Shown one piece after another: positions 9,749 through 20,426 of a stretch of 64,000 bases of DNA; position 1 is the stretch's first letter; every line of letters begins with the position of its first letter. The notes below the pieces were generated by a model, which was not told the DNA's origin, ran no database searches, and worked only from the letters and a program-made list of their open reading frames with translations. The stretch lies in assembly GCA_965261595.1 (NCBI GenBank), contig CBDHDG010000003.1, positions 128,001 through 192,000 of the forward strand, given 5' to 3'. This stretch comes from a bacterium (GTDB lineage: Bacteria; UBA8248; JACPRG01; G963555815). A program made the position numbers and the translations under genes.

Positions 9749-10702
9749 ATGAGTGTCTTGGTGACAGGCGCGACTGGTTTCATCGGCCGAAACCTTCTTG
9801 GAAATGCGCTCAAACGCCACAAGAAGATAGTGATTTCCAGGCACGGGAGAAATCCCTTTCGGAAGGATCCTTCCGTCGTTTTGTTTCAGTGTGATTTGCG
9901 GAAATTCCGGGAAGTCGACGCTATCTTCCGCCGGTTTCGGATCGATGCTGTCGTCCATTTTTCGACGGCGGGCATTCGAAAAGCTTCGAAGCAAGAGATA
10001 TGGGAAACCAATGTGCAGGGGATGTTCAATTTATTAGAGGCCGCGGCTGCCCGTCGGGTTTGCCGATTCATCAATGTAGGCACTTGCGGAGAACGGATCG
10101 CGCTGGAAATGGCCAACAACATCAATTCAGAGAACTCATGGAGGCTGGCGCATTTCCTTTCTAAGATAGCTCAGACAGCATTGGTGCAGGAATTCAACCA
10201 ACGACGCGGTCTTCCTACAGTCAACCTGCGGCTTTACCATGTGTACGGACCTCAAGAACGGGAGAGCCGTCTCTTCCCCAGAATCTTGAATGCTGCGATT
10301 CTAGGAAATTCGGTAGACCTTTCCCCGGGGAGAAGGAAAAGGGACTTTGTCTTTGTGGATGACGTGGTCCGTGCTGTGGACTCGGCGGTGACCATCCCCC
10401 GGTTTCCCCGTGGGCGCATCCTGGACATCGCGACCGGGGAAGGTCTGTCCATACATCGCGTTGTGGGCGTTCTTCGCCGGAAATCCTATGCCTCCAAGGC
10501 GTTCGCCCCCCGTTTCGGCGGACTGCCTTATGACATGACCGACGTGACGGCCCTTGTCGGAGACCCGAAGCCGGCGAAACGATTCCTCCGCTGGAGTCCT
10601 CGGGTCAACATCTCCGAGGGTTTGGATCGAATGGAGGCGGCCATCCGGAAGGCTCAATCCGGTGATCTGGAAGACGCCCTCTCTCCAGGCTTAAGGCGTT
10701 GA
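9749..10702 (+). CDS. NAD-dependent epimerase/dehydratase
   Basis: VTGATGFIG, LRLYHVYGP, RDFVFVDD; the catalytic YxxxK reads HFLSK. Confidence 0.85.
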   Translation: MSVLVTGATGFIGRNLLGNALKRHKKIVISRHGRNPFRKDPSVVLFQCDLRKFREVDAIFRRFRIDAVVHFSTAGIRKASKQEIWETNVQGMFNLLEAAAARRVCRFINVGTCGERIALEMANNINSENSWRLAHFLSKIAQTALVQEFNQRRGLPTVNLRLYHVYGPQERESRLFPRILNAAILGNSVDLSPGRRKRDFVFVDDVVRAVDSAVTIPRFPRGRILDIATGEGLSIHRVVGVLRRKSYASKAFAPRFGGLPYDMTDVTALVGDPKPAKRFLRWSPRVNISEGLDRMEAAIRKAQSGDLEDALSPGLRR

Positions 10703-10706
10703 TCAC

Positions 10707-12112
10707 ATGTTGGCCCATTCCCTGAAGCGGTGCCTTTACACTTGGCCCGATCACGATCTGCGTACGAATCCCCGATGGCGGTTTGAAAATGGCGGCAGGG
10801 TCCTCGTCCGCGACCTGCCGGAAAGTCCGGCGGAATTGGCGGAAGACAGCCGGTGGCCGGCATTTTTCCCCTCTCCCATGTGCCTGGTCACGACGACGGA
10901 CGGATCAGGAGCGGGATTGGAGAAGGTGGTCGGGGCCTCCATCGTCAATCGATTTCCTTACGTCATGGCGCTCAGTTTTTGCACCCGGCCTCTTTCGGCG
11001 CGTCATCATCCCCGACGGACTTTCACGGAAATGCTGGAGCGGGGCGGGTGCGTTGCTGTCCAGTATCTTCCGCATGGCCGGAGTCTCGATCGGGTGCTGG
11101 ATGTGATCCATTCCGGTGCGGAGAAAGACACGCGCGGGCGGACCGCCGCAACCGGTCTTCCAACGCGCAAGGCCGTTTCCAATGGTGCGCCGGTTTTCAA
11201 CGAGGCCCACCTGATTTACGAAGCCAGGCTTGTGAAGCCCGGCAAGGATTTCGGTGGAGAGCCGATATATTCTGAGCCGTGGATCGATCTCGGAAGTCAC
11301 CGGGTGTACTTCCTGGAGATCAACGCAATCCAGCTTCGCCGGGACATCGCCGAGGGCAGAAGTCAGATCGTCTGGAGGAGCCTGCCGGCGTGGCGGCCGG
11401 AGCGGGAGATTGAGTTACAGACGGCGCCCGACAAAGGCATCGGACCCGAAGGTCGATACCAGAAAGGTTATACGCCTCACTACCGCTTTCCTTCGGCTGG
11501 AACCATTGCCTTCGAGGCGGATGCAATCCAGGATGGCATGGCCGTCAAGCATCTCCCCCCGTTGCCCGAAGACCAGGTGGAGGTCGATAATGACCGGGCC
11601 CGCTGGCCCTGCTTTTTTCCTTCCTCAGCCGGTATGATCACCTCGTGGGCCGACGATGGAGTGGCGAACCTGATGCCTTGCGGGTCCACGACGATTTTGA
11701 GCCGTCATCCCTGATCATCGCGCCGTGTATCTCTTATGCGGCCATCAATGAGCGGTACGCCCCCCGCGCGAGCCTGGAAATTCTCCGAAGGACGGGCAGG
11801 TTCGGCTGCGGCGTTCCGTTCATCCATGACGCGGTGCTCGACGCCATCCGGTACGCGGGCAGCACCTCGATTTCCGTCGATCCCCGGAAGGTGGAACGAA
11901 CCCTTCTGGAAATTGAGAAGCGGGAGTGGGCGCCCGTGTTTCCGGACCTTCCGATCCACTATGAATGTGCGATCCAGGGCGAGGTCCGGCTGGGGACGCA
12001 TATCATGTTTCTTGGCGAAGTCCGGCGGATTCGGGTCCGGGAGGACGTTACGCCGGAAAACCGGCTCGAATGGATCCCGTGGGGGGATGTCCAGCCGGCA
12101 TCCCGGGAATGA
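10707..12112 (+). CDS. Protein with two tandem flavin-reductase-like (DIM6/NTAB) domains, frameshifted near 11712
   Basis: Internal repeats RWPAFFPSPMCLVTT / RWPCFFPSSAGMITS and YEARL…LGSHRVYFLEI / YECAI…LGTHIMFLGEV. Confidence 0.7.
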
Positions 12113-12218
12113 CCCGGGATGATTCGTCGAAAACGTAATGAAGATTGATTCTCGGGATATGTGTTCCTGGTGTGCGGGCGGTCTTAAATTTCGAGATATG
12201 GGGCTGAGGAGATGATGC

Positions 12219-13193
12219 CTACCGCTCTTTTTCAATTCCTGAGGGTGAACTTGGAAATCCCGCCCGTTCCGATATGATGAACGGTGGTCGGCGCTGAACT
12301 TCGCTGAAAATCCGCCACAAATACTCCGCGACAATGCCCAACATGAGAAGCTGGAATCCGGAGAGAACCAGTATAATGACCATCAGGGCAGGCCAGCCTT
12401 CCGGGAGCGTCTTATCGAACAAAGCGTTAACGATAATGATGAGCGCATAGAGGAACCCGGTGGTCGATATCAAAATCCCCGACACGGATATCAAACGAAT
12501 GGGCTTATACGAGAAAGAAGCGATAGAGTCGATGACCAATTTTGAGCGCTTGGAGAAGGTCCATTTTGACTTTCCGCTTCGACGGACGGACCGGTCATAT
12601 TCGATTGAAGTTTGATTGAATCCTGACCATAAGATCAGGCTGAAGAGCGAGATGTTTTTCTCCCGCATGGGTACGATAGTGTCGATGACCTTTCGGTTGA
12701 TGAGGCAGATGTCGGCGCCGGAGGACGGGGTTTCTTTTAACGCCAAGTGTCTCATCAGAAAGTAAAAAATACGTGAAATGAGCCTATAAAACACGGATTC
12801 TTTCCTTGTCCTCCGGACCGCCCAGACAATGTCGGCTCCTTTTTCTTTCAAGGCTTGCATCATTTCAAGTATCAGCTCAGGCGGATCTTGAAGGTCAGCG
12901 GCGAGGTTGACCGCCACATCGCCTGTGGCTTCCGGCAACCCGGCCATGAGCGCTTGGTGGCTGCCAAAATTGCGTGAAAACCGAAGAGTGCGTATCCGGT
13001 TGTCCTGTTCAACCAGCCTTTTCAAGACTTCGAAGGAATGGTCGGTGGACCCGTCGTCAACAAGAATGAACTCCCACGAAAAGTCCGGATTGCTCTCGGC
13101 CAGGTCCGCCAAGCGCTTGTGCAGAACGGCGAGATTTTCTTCTTCGTTGTACAGAGGGATGATAACCGAAATCTTCGTAGGCAACTTGATCAA
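12219..13193 (-). CDS. GT2 polyprenol-phosphate glycosyltransferase (GtrB/ArnC-like)
   Basis: SVIIPLYNEE, VDDGSTD, FSRNFG, ADLQDPPE; two C-terminal TM helices. Confidence 0.92.
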   Translation of the reverse strand: MIKLPTKISVIIPLYNEEENLAVLHKRLADLAESNPDFSWEFILVDDGSTDHSFEVLKRLVEQDNRIRTLRFSRNFGSHQALMAGLPEATGDVAVNLAADLQDPPELILEMMQALKEKGADIVWAVRRTRKESVFYRLISRIFYFLMRHLALKETPSSGADICLINRKVIDTIVPMREKNISLFSLILWSGFNQTSIEYDRSVRRSGKSKWTFSKRSKLVIDSIASFSYKPIRLISVSGILISTTGFLYALIIIVNALFDKTLPEGWPALMVIILVLSGFQLLMLGIVAEYLWRIFSEVQRRPPFIISERAGFPSSPSGIEKER

Positions 13194-13422
13194 ACCCTGT
13201 GAGGCGTTGAGATCGGAGAGGATGAAAAAGGTGAATCTTCAGCCATCCGGATCGAATCCCGACTCGGTGTTCATGGCTCTTATATCACAGGCTCGGCAGG
13301 ACGACAATTGAGTCATGCCGCCAATCCTCGATGTCCTTGCATTGTCGACCCCGGTGTCGGATCATTCTCATTTGCGCGGATCCCCGAGAGGGCGACTTCC
13401 ACTGCTGGCAGAAATTCGAGGC

Positions 13423-14583
13423 ATGCCTTTCCGAATCCTGCATCTACTGACCCTCGCCGGTCTCGGCGGCACCGAATCCTCCGTCCTTTCCATCATTCAG
13501 GGAACGGATGCGGGCCGTTTCCAGAGCGAGATTGCCGTTTTGAGAGATGAGGGTCCGATGAGCGCCCGCTGGCGTGAGGCGGGAATCCCCGTCACCCACC
13601 TGAACGTACGCTGGGAGTGGACCCCCCGCACGCTGGGCAAGCTCTCGCGTCTTATTCGGGACGGTCGATATGATGTCGTGACCCTCTACGGCGTGGCTGT
13701 GAATGTGCTCGGCCGGCTGGCCTGCCGGAGGGTGGGTCAGAAGAATGTTATCGGTGTCATCCGGGGGATCAGCAATGAGCGGACCGTCAGCCGGTTGCGT
13801 TTGTGGGTGGACCGGGTGTCCTTTTCGCTTGCGGATTGTTACGTCTCCAATTCTCAGGCGATCATCGATCATCTGATCGAGGCGGGTTTTCCCCCCGAGA
13901 AGCTGCGACTGGCCCGGACGGGGCTTTCCTCGGAGCCGTTTGACCGGGCCCCCTCTCGTGAGGAGGCGCGTCGGCGGATGGGTATTGCGGGGGACGCGCG
14001 GCCGGTCATCACCTGCGTCGGAAACCTCAGACCCGTCAAAGATCATTCTCTCCTGTTACGCGCCTGCCGCGCCCTCCGGGATCGCGGTTTCGATTATCTC
14101 CTTCTTCTCGCCGGCTCGGGCCCCGCGGAGGAGAGGGTCCGGCGGGAGGTCCAGGATTTGGGGCTGCTGAACCAAGTCCGGTTCCTCGGAGAGCGCGGGG
14201 ATATCCCGACGGTTCTGGCCGCGACGGACCTCTTCGTCCTGACTTCCCTGTGGGAGGGTCTGCCGCGCTCCATTATGGAGGCCATGGCGAGCCGGCTGGC
14301 CGTGGTCTCGACCGACGCGGGGGGCGTGCGGGAGCTGGTTCTGGACGGGGAGACGGGATACGTTGTTTCCGTCGGCGACGTAGAGACCCTGGGTGGGCGG
14401 ATGGCGGACTTGTTGAGCGATCCCGCCTTGCGTCGCGCGATGGGCGAGGCCGGATTTCAGCGGGTGAAAGAGCGCTTCACGGAAGAGCGGATGGTGACCG
14501 CGATGGAGGCGATTTATCGGGAAGTCCTGGGAGCTTCCCCTTCCCTGCCGACGGTCGAATCGACGGGGACGCCCAACCCATGA
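13423..14583 (+). CDS. Glycosyltransferase family 4
   Basis: GGTE N-terminal motif, VGNLRPVKDH, SLWEGLPRSIMEAMA; start taken at MPFRILHL. Confidence 0.92.
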   Translation: MPFRILHLLTLAGLGGTESSVLSIIQGTDAGRFQSEIAVLRDEGPMSARWREAGIPVTHLNVRWEWTPRTLGKLSRLIRDGRYDVVTLYGVAVNVLGRLACRRVGQKNVIGVIRGISNERTVSRLRLWVDRVSFSLADCYVSNSQAIIDHLIEAGFPPEKLRLARTGLSSEPFDRAPSREEARRRMGIAGDARPVITCVGNLRPVKDHSLLLRACRALRDRGFDYLLLLAGSGPAEERVRREVQDLGLLNQVRFLGERGDIPTVLAATDLFVLTSLWEGLPRSIMEAMASRLAVVSTDAGGVRELVLDGETGYVVSVGDVETLGGRMADLLSDPALRRAMGEAGFQRVKERFTEERMVTAMEAIYREVLGASPSLPTVESTGTPNP

Positions 14584-14679
14584 GGCCTTCGCGGTGATCT
14601 TCCGTCCTGAGAATCGGATGGAAGACCGAGCCCGAATTTCTGTCGGGGAGCCCCTCTCGCTTTCTCTGGTGATCCCCCT

Positions 14680-14765
14680 GTTCTCGGCTGGGCGCCCGGT
14701 TCCGGATTCGAGGAATCGTTGGCCAGGACCATCGAGTGGTACAGGGAGTTTTGGACCCGGTGAGT
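14680..14765 (+). pseudogene. C-terminal remnant of an SDR epimerase/dehydratase
   Basis: LGWAPGSGFEESLARTIEWYREF with no upstream gene body. Confidence 0.55.
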
Positions 14766-15035
14766 GGTGCGGCGATCCCCCCCACGATTGTCTTGGCTGG
14801 CGGCCGGGGAAGCCGTCTTGGAAGTCTCTCCGATGAAATTCCCAAGCCGATGGTCGCGATTGATGACCGTCCCATCCTGCGGCACATCCTGTTGAGTTAT
14901 GAACGCGCCGGGTGCCGGGACTTTATCATCTGCCTGGGGCATAAAGGCGGGGTGGTCAAGGACTATTTCCGAAGCCTTCGGGATAAGGCCCTGGATTGGG
15001 AGGTGGATTTTTTCGGCGGATCCACGGTGGTTTGA
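14760..15035 (+). pseudogene. rfbF: Glucose-1-phosphate cytidylyltransferase, N-terminal third only
   Basis: IVLAGGRGSRL…EIPKPMVAI…DFIICLGHKG…KDYF, then a stop after about 90 codons. Confidence 0.75.
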
Positions 15036-15181
15036 CCGATTTGCTATCATGCCGTAGTTCGAACGTACGACTCGATGTGTTGAAATGAGAGGTGTCTGGG
15101 TGTTCTAATTAGTCAATTCAGTTGTGTTGTTTTGCGGCTTTAGGGGTCTCGCGTCCTTTTCCCCGTTGGAGACAGTTCCCG

Positions 15182-16063
15182 TTGAAACGAAAAATCTGCT
15201 TGCTGTGCGGTTCCACGTCCTGTGAAAGGGTTTTCCTGCGGAAGTGGGAAAGACCGGTCGAGTTCGTCATGTGTGATCGATGCGGGTTGGTCTATCAGTC
15301 CACCCCGCTGAATGCCTCGGAACTCCGGAGTGTGAATCAGAATCCGGACGAGACGTTGAGACGGCTTCAACCGAAGCGGTTGAGCCACAAGATTCGCCAG
15401 GGCCAGGAACGTTGGGCCTGGATCATGGATCGTCTGAGTCGGGAAGACCGAGATTCGATTGACACCCTGCTGGAAATCGGGAGTGGGGAAGGAACACTGC
15501 TGGAAGCGGCTCGAAAGAGCCTCCATGAAGCCGTTGGCATCGAATACAACCCCCTTTTCGTAACCTTCTGCCAAGAGAAGGGATTGAAAGTGATCAAGGG
15601 GGAGTGGCCGCAAACCGCACCCGATTCAAGGTTTGCATTGGTGGCCATGTTGCACGTTGTCGAGCACCTTTCAGATCCCCTTTTCTCTTTGCGTCGGGTC
15701 AAAGATGTCTTGCGTGAGGATGGGGTCCTTTGCATCGAGACGCCTGATGTCTGGCGTCCGGTTGGGAATCTTCAGAACACCTTTCTAGGGCCTGATCACT
15801 TGATCCTTCTGTCTGAAGGAACGATAAAACCTTTTCTGGCAAAGGCGGGATTCGAGGTGTTCGCTGTGGAGCGGGTCGAGTTGGGATTGAGGGTGCTCGC
15901 CCGTCCCCGCCCGGACGCTTCTTTCGAAATCACGTCCGCTCACCCGGCGAAGCTTCGAAGGCGGCTCATTTTTCACCAAATCCGGTGGCAACTGATCGCG
16001 GAGTGGCGGGAGTGGCTGGCGGGGCGGCGGTCCGCTCTGGGATTCTCTGAGAGGCTGGATTAG
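15182..16063 (+). CDS. Class I SAM-dependent methyltransferase with an N-terminal Zn-ribbon
   Basis: CLLCG…CDRCG; LLEIGSGEG; HVVEHLSDP. Confidence 0.88.
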   Translation: MKRKICLLCGSTSCERVFLRKWERPVEFVMCDRCGLVYQSTPLNASELRSVNQNPDETLRRLQPKRLSHKIRQGQERWAWIMDRLSREDRDSIDTLLEIGSGEGTLLEAARKSLHEAVGIEYNPLFVTFCQEKGLKVIKGEWPQTAPDSRFALVAMLHVVEHLSDPLFSLRRVKDVLREDGVLCIETPDVWRPVGNLQNTFLGPDHLILLSEGTIKPFLAKAGFEVFAVERVELGLRVLARPRPDASFEITSAHPAKLRRRLIFHQIRWQLIAEWREWLAGRRSALGFSERLD

Positions 16064-16114
16064 CCGGAATCATCCTCCCGTCGGGGCCGCCTGGAGCAGC
16101 CAAAGGCCGAAACG

Positions 16115-16969
16115 ATGACCTGGAACTTCTTCGAGCACGTCCGATTCTTCACGCTTTCGGCGCTCCTACTCATTCTTTTTGCGGCTTCGAACGGGTTTCC
16201 CGCCGAATCCTCTGGGTTGCCCCGAGTGCTGATCGGCAAGGACGGGGCTCGGCTGCGGTTGATTCCCGCGGGAGAATTCCGGAAAGGAAGTACAAGGCTT
16301 GAGATTCGAGCGGCGGTGAAGATGACCAGGCGGCATCATCCCGTTGTCCGTCCCGAGTGGTTCGAGGATGAGCTCCCTGCCCGGAAGGTCTTTGTCCCGT
16401 CGTTCTATATCGATGCGACCGAAATCACCATTTCAAGATATTACTGGAAGGGAAAGCCGCCCGGTGATCTTCGGCCCCAATTCAAAACCCAATCCTCTTT
16501 GATGCCCGGCTGGTCGATCGCCGGCCGGGCGAGCTCCTGGGATGTCCCCATCGCCAATATCCGGTGGGAAGAGGCGGAGGCGTATTGCCGAAAAGTCGGT
16601 CGGAGATTGCCGTCCTCCGATGAATGGGAAAAGGCGGCCCGGGGAATCCATGGCCGTATTTTCCCCTGGGGAAACCGGTTCGATCCCGCCCGGCTGAATT
16701 CGTACGAGGCCGGGGTGCGCTCCGCCGTGGCCGCCGGCCGCTATGCCTCGGGAGCCAGCCCGTATGGCGTCCTGGACATGGCCGGCAATGTGTGGGAGTG
16801 GACGACCGATTGGCATGATCCCGCTTCGAGAAAGGTCGGCCGCAGGCGTATCATCCGCGGCGGAGGCTGGGGATACGGGGGTGCCTTTGCCCGGACGGCC
16901 AACCTGGGAGCGGTATGGTCCGGCGAACGGCACCCGTCGCTGGGTTTCCGTTGTGCGATGAGTCCGTGA
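16115..16969 (+). CDS. Exported FGE-sulfatase (SUMF1-like) domain protein
   Basis: Signal peptide; RRLPSSDEWEKAARG, FPWG, YGVLDMAGNVWEW, GFRCA. Confidence 0.9.
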   Translation: MTWNFFEHVRFFTLSALLLILFAASNGFPAESSGLPRVLIGKDGARLRLIPAGEFRKGSTRLEIRAAVKMTRRHHPVVRPEWFEDELPARKVFVPSFYIDATEITISRYYWKGKPPGDLRPQFKTQSSLMPGWSIAGRASSWDVPIANIRWEEAEAYCRKVGRRLPSSDEWEKAARGIHGRIFPWGNRFDPARLNSYEAGVRSAVAAGRYASGASPYGVLDMAGNVWEWTTDWHDPASRKVGRRRIIRGGGWGYGGAFARTANLGAVWSGERHPSLGFRCAMSP

Positions 16970-17021
16970 CGCCGCGGCAGGTTTCCTCCCGAGTCCGTTT
17001 CTCACTTCCGGAATGCGATGA

Positions 17022-18704
17022 ATGACCTTGACCGACCCAAGCTGGAATGATCGATGGCTCACCCGGATCCGCCTTCAGTTCCTCGCCGGCGGTTTTCTCG
17101 GCGGGTGGGTCCTCTCGGCGGGTCTGGAGTTTTTCCGCTGGGAGGGGATCACGCGGCTTCCGGGCTGGGAGGTTCGGTGGGCCGCCGCATTTTTGGCCGT
17201 TTGGACGCTGCTGTCGCCCGGGACCGCGGGTTCGATTCTCACCACTTTACGAAACCGTTTTCGCTTCAGCCGGGACGCTCCTCCCCCTAAGCTCATCCTC
17301 CCGCCCTGGGGGCTCGCGGCTCTCGGAGCGGCCGGAGGCGCTCTTTGGTGGGAACTCCCGGGAACCTTCTTTATGACCGCGGCGTTTCTCATCGGTTTCC
17401 GGTCCGTTCTCCGGCGGCTTCCCCCGGGGGAACGGACTTCGTTGTCCCGATTGATCTCCATCGCCCTGGCGACTCGGCTTCTGTTCATCTTCGTCTACTA
17501 TCCGCTTGCCTCCTTCATGGGGTGGACCGCCGCTTGGCTCACGCTGGATGTTCCTCCGGTCCTTGTCCCCGTCCTTTTCGGAGATGGGGTTGACGCGCTC
17601 AGCCTGAGTCGCGCCTGGGCTTTGTATTGGAGGGGGGACTGGGTTTCTCCCGCCGAATTTTCGGAGATTGCCAATCCGGATCGATCGCTGCTTTCGATCC
17701 ATGGGGACGTCCGGCACCTCCTCCCGCCCGCGTTGCTGTTTTTCGTTTTCGGCGTAGAGATGATTGGGGCCAGGGTCCTGAGCTCCGTGGCGACTGTGTG
17801 CGCCGCCGTCATTGCCTACTTCACCCTTCGGGGCCGGTTTGGCCTCCGGGCGGCATGGTGCGCCGCCGCCTTGTTGGCCTTCTGGCCCACGTTGTTTTCT
17901 TGGTCGTTGGATGCGTTGAAGGAGCCTTATTTTCTTCTCCTTTTGATTGCCTCCGCCTGGTTCACCGAGCGGTTCTCCAGGGAAGGCGGTTGGAGACCGA
18001 TGGCCGCGTCTCTGGTGATGCTGGGGTTGGCGCTCAGTGTGCGGACCCGTTGGTTTCCGCCCATCGTATTCACGGCCGTCATTTGTCTGGGCGGGTGGGT
18101 TATCCGGAAGGCGCTCCACCGGTTTTCCCGGGTTCGCCAGGCGGCCTGCGGCGCACTTGTCCTGGGATTGCTGATAGGGGGTGTGTTCGCGTGGCCCGCC
18201 GGCCGGCGTCTGGTCTACTACTACTCGTACCAAAGCGTCTCGGCGCAACGGAGCTTTGCCCTGCACTACGGGAAAGGTTACAAGGTCTGGCCCGCTGAAT
18301 ACTACACCCGTTCGACGAATGACTTCCCCATCATCTTCAAATGGCGGGACGCCGCCTGGGCGAACCTGAAGAATCTCGGGCATGTGATGTTCGAGCCTTT
18401 TCCCCGGTGGTGGGGAGGGAGAGGGTGGAAGGGCGCCGCGTTTTTTCTTTTGGCCGTGCCGTGGTGGATTGTTGTGGGACTCGCGGGTGTCGGGGGCGGG
18501 GTGATCGCGTTCCGCAAAGACGGCATGGGTTGGATCTACCTGGTTTACACCTCGGTGACTTTGGCCTTCCTCGCCACATTCAGCGGGAACGTGGGAACCT
18601 TGATCCGCCACCGGGATTCGGTCAGTCCGATCCTGCTCATGATTGCCGCCGTCGGTGTATCGGCGGTGTGGGAGCGGTTGAGACCCGGTGAGTCGCGCGG
18701 CTGA
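17022..18704 (+). CDS. GT-C fold polytopic membrane glycosyltransferase/polymerase-like protein
   Basis: 560 aa with many TM helices; FGDG, FWP…WS…LKEP and NVGTLIRHR motifs. Confidence 0.6.
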   Translation: MTLTDPSWNDRWLTRIRLQFLAGGFLGGWVLSAGLEFFRWEGITRLPGWEVRWAAAFLAVWTLLSPGTAGSILTTLRNRFRFSRDAPPPKLILPPWGLAALGAAGGALWWELPGTFFMTAAFLIGFRSVLRRLPPGERTSLSRLISIALATRLLFIFVYYPLASFMGWTAAWLTLDVPPVLVPVLFGDGVDALSLSRAWALYWRGDWVSPAEFSEIANPDRSLLSIHGDVRHLLPPALLFFVFGVEMIGARVLSSVATVCAAVIAYFTLRGRFGLRAAWCAAALLAFWPTLFSWSLDALKEPYFLLLLIASAWFTERFSREGGWRPMAASLVMLGLALSVRTRWFPPIVFTAVICLGGWVIRKALHRFSRVRQAACGALVLGLLIGGVFAWPAGRRLVYYYSYQSVSAQRSFALHYGKGYKVWPAEYYTRSTNDFPIIFKWRDAAWANLKNLGHVMFEPFPRWWGGRGWKGAAFFLLAVPWWIVVGLAGVGGGVIAFRKDGMGWIYLVYTSVTLAFLATFSGNVGTLIRHRDSVSPILLMIAAVGVSAVWERLRPGESRG

Positions 18705-18853
18705 CCCCATGGGCGGGATGCTCGTATGGGTTGGGGCGGGAATGGGCTTTTCAGGCGCGCGCGGCCCTTAAGCGATTTGCGCGCATCCAATCAGGCTCTC
18801 CCGGATGTCTGCCGCTTGGCCCGGATGGAACGTTCGGGAATCATCAAAGCCTG

Positions 18854-20254
18854 TTACGGCTGATAACCTTCAATGTAATCTTTCAAGTTGATCTTGTCCG
18901 AGCCCGGGACGGAGATTTCGTCCGGATAGTTGGATTTCCGGGTGGCGTCGATTCCGACTTTCGTCACGAGGTGGGAGCCGCCCTCCGGATCGATGGAAGC
19001 CGGATCCAGCGGGGAGCCCTTGGCGTAGGGGACCATGAAGATGTCGATATCTCCGCGAACCCGGGTCGCAATCGCGTGGAGAACCTCGGTGTCGTTGGTG
19101 ATGTCCACGTCATGATCCACCACCACGACAAACTTCAGGTGGGGATCCGTTATGAAGGCCGCCATGGCGGCCTGTTTGCCCTCGCCTTCGATCATCTTTT
19201 CAATGGCCACATAGCACATGAAGCGGAAACGCCCCGCCCGGGGCATGTGGGCCCCGCGCACCGTCGGGCAGGCGATCTTCACATTGTTCTCGATCACCGT
19301 CGCGCGGATCACACCGTTTACAAGCAGGTTGTCCGGATGCGCGACGAAGGCGTTCTGATATAAAGGGTTCCGTCGGTGAGTCATCGCCTTGACTTCGAGC
19401 ACCGGATTCATCCGCATGGGCCCGTACGTTCCCGGGTACTCCCCGAAGGGCGCCTCTTCCTCGCGAATGTGAGGAAGGATCTCGCACTCCAAGATGATTT
19501 CCGCGTCGGCCGGCACGTCGAGCGGGATGGTTTCGCACCTCACCAGCTGAACGGGCTTTTGCAGGATGCCTCCGGCAATTTGAATCTCATCCGTCTCCAA
19601 CGGCATGTACGTCAAAGCGCCCATGAAGAAGGCGGGGTGATGGCCCAGGATGACCGCCATGGGGCAAGGCGCCCCGCGATTCTCGAACTTTTTCCAAATG
19701 TAATGACCGTGGGCGGTTTCGGAGAGTTGAATGCCGAGCCTGTTCCGGCCCTGGACCATCAGGCGGTAGACCCCGATGTTGTCCACGCCTGAATCAGGGT
19801 CGCGTGTCAGGCACAGGCCCGCCGTGATGTACTTGCCCGCGTCTCTTTCATGATAGATGCAGGTGGGCATTTCGTTGATGTCCACCGCTTCACCCGTTTT
19901 GATGACCTCCTTGACGGGACCCGTATCGACCATTTCGGGCGGGATGGGATTGGATTCCCGCCGATGGAACTCTTCCAGGAATTCTCTGACGGAAGCCTTT
20001 TCCATGCCCAAGGCCAGTTGAAGCCGGTTGACGCTGGCATGCATATTCGCGATCAACGGCATGGAAGAGCCTTTGACGTTCTCGAAAATAACCAAGGGGA
20101 ATTTATCGTCTTTTTCCAAACGATCGAGGATTCCGCTGACCCCGAATTCCGGGTCGACTTCTTTTCGGATTCGCACCACCTCTTCCGGATGCCGTTCTTC
20201 AAGGAATTCGATAAACCCTCGTAAATCATCGGTGACGGTTCTGATGGGTGTCAT
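18854..20254 (-). CDS. UbiD-family (prFMN-dependent) decarboxylase
   Basis: DLRGFIEFLE, NIGVYRLMV, EEAPFGEYPG, VVVVDHDVD, KVGIDAT. Confidence 0.93.
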   Translation of the reverse strand: MTPIRTVTDDLRGFIEFLEERHPEEVVRIRKEVDPEFGVSGILDRLEKDDKFPLVIFENVKGSSMPLIANMHASVNRLQLALGMEKASVREFLEEFHRRESNPIPPEMVDTGPVKEVIKTGEAVDINEMPTCIYHERDAGKYITAGLCLTRDPDSGVDNIGVYRLMVQGRNRLGIQLSETAHGHYIWKKFENRGAPCPMAVILGHHPAFFMGALTYMPLETDEIQIAGGILQKPVQLVRCETIPLDVPADAEIILECEILPHIREEEAPFGEYPGTYGPMRMNPVLEVKAMTHRRNPLYQNAFVAHPDNLLVNGVIRATVIENNVKIACPTVRGAHMPRAGRFRFMCYVAIEKMIEGEGKQAAMAAFITDPHLKFVVVVDHDVDITNDTEVLHAIATRVRGDIDIFMVPYAKGSPLDPASIDPEGGSHLVTKVGIDATRKSNYPDEISVPGSDKINLKDYIEGYQP

Positions 20255-20426
20255 GGTTCCTCTCCTTGCGGCTCGAATGGATTACCCATAATGAGTTCGC
20301 TCGGAAATGGGAGAGGCGGCCATCGGCGGGGGAGAACGATTCTCCTCCGGGAGTCGCCTTGAACCAGGGGTCCCGGTTCGGATTCCAATCCCCGCGGCGG
20401 ACGGCCGTGTCAGACGCGCTCCTTTT

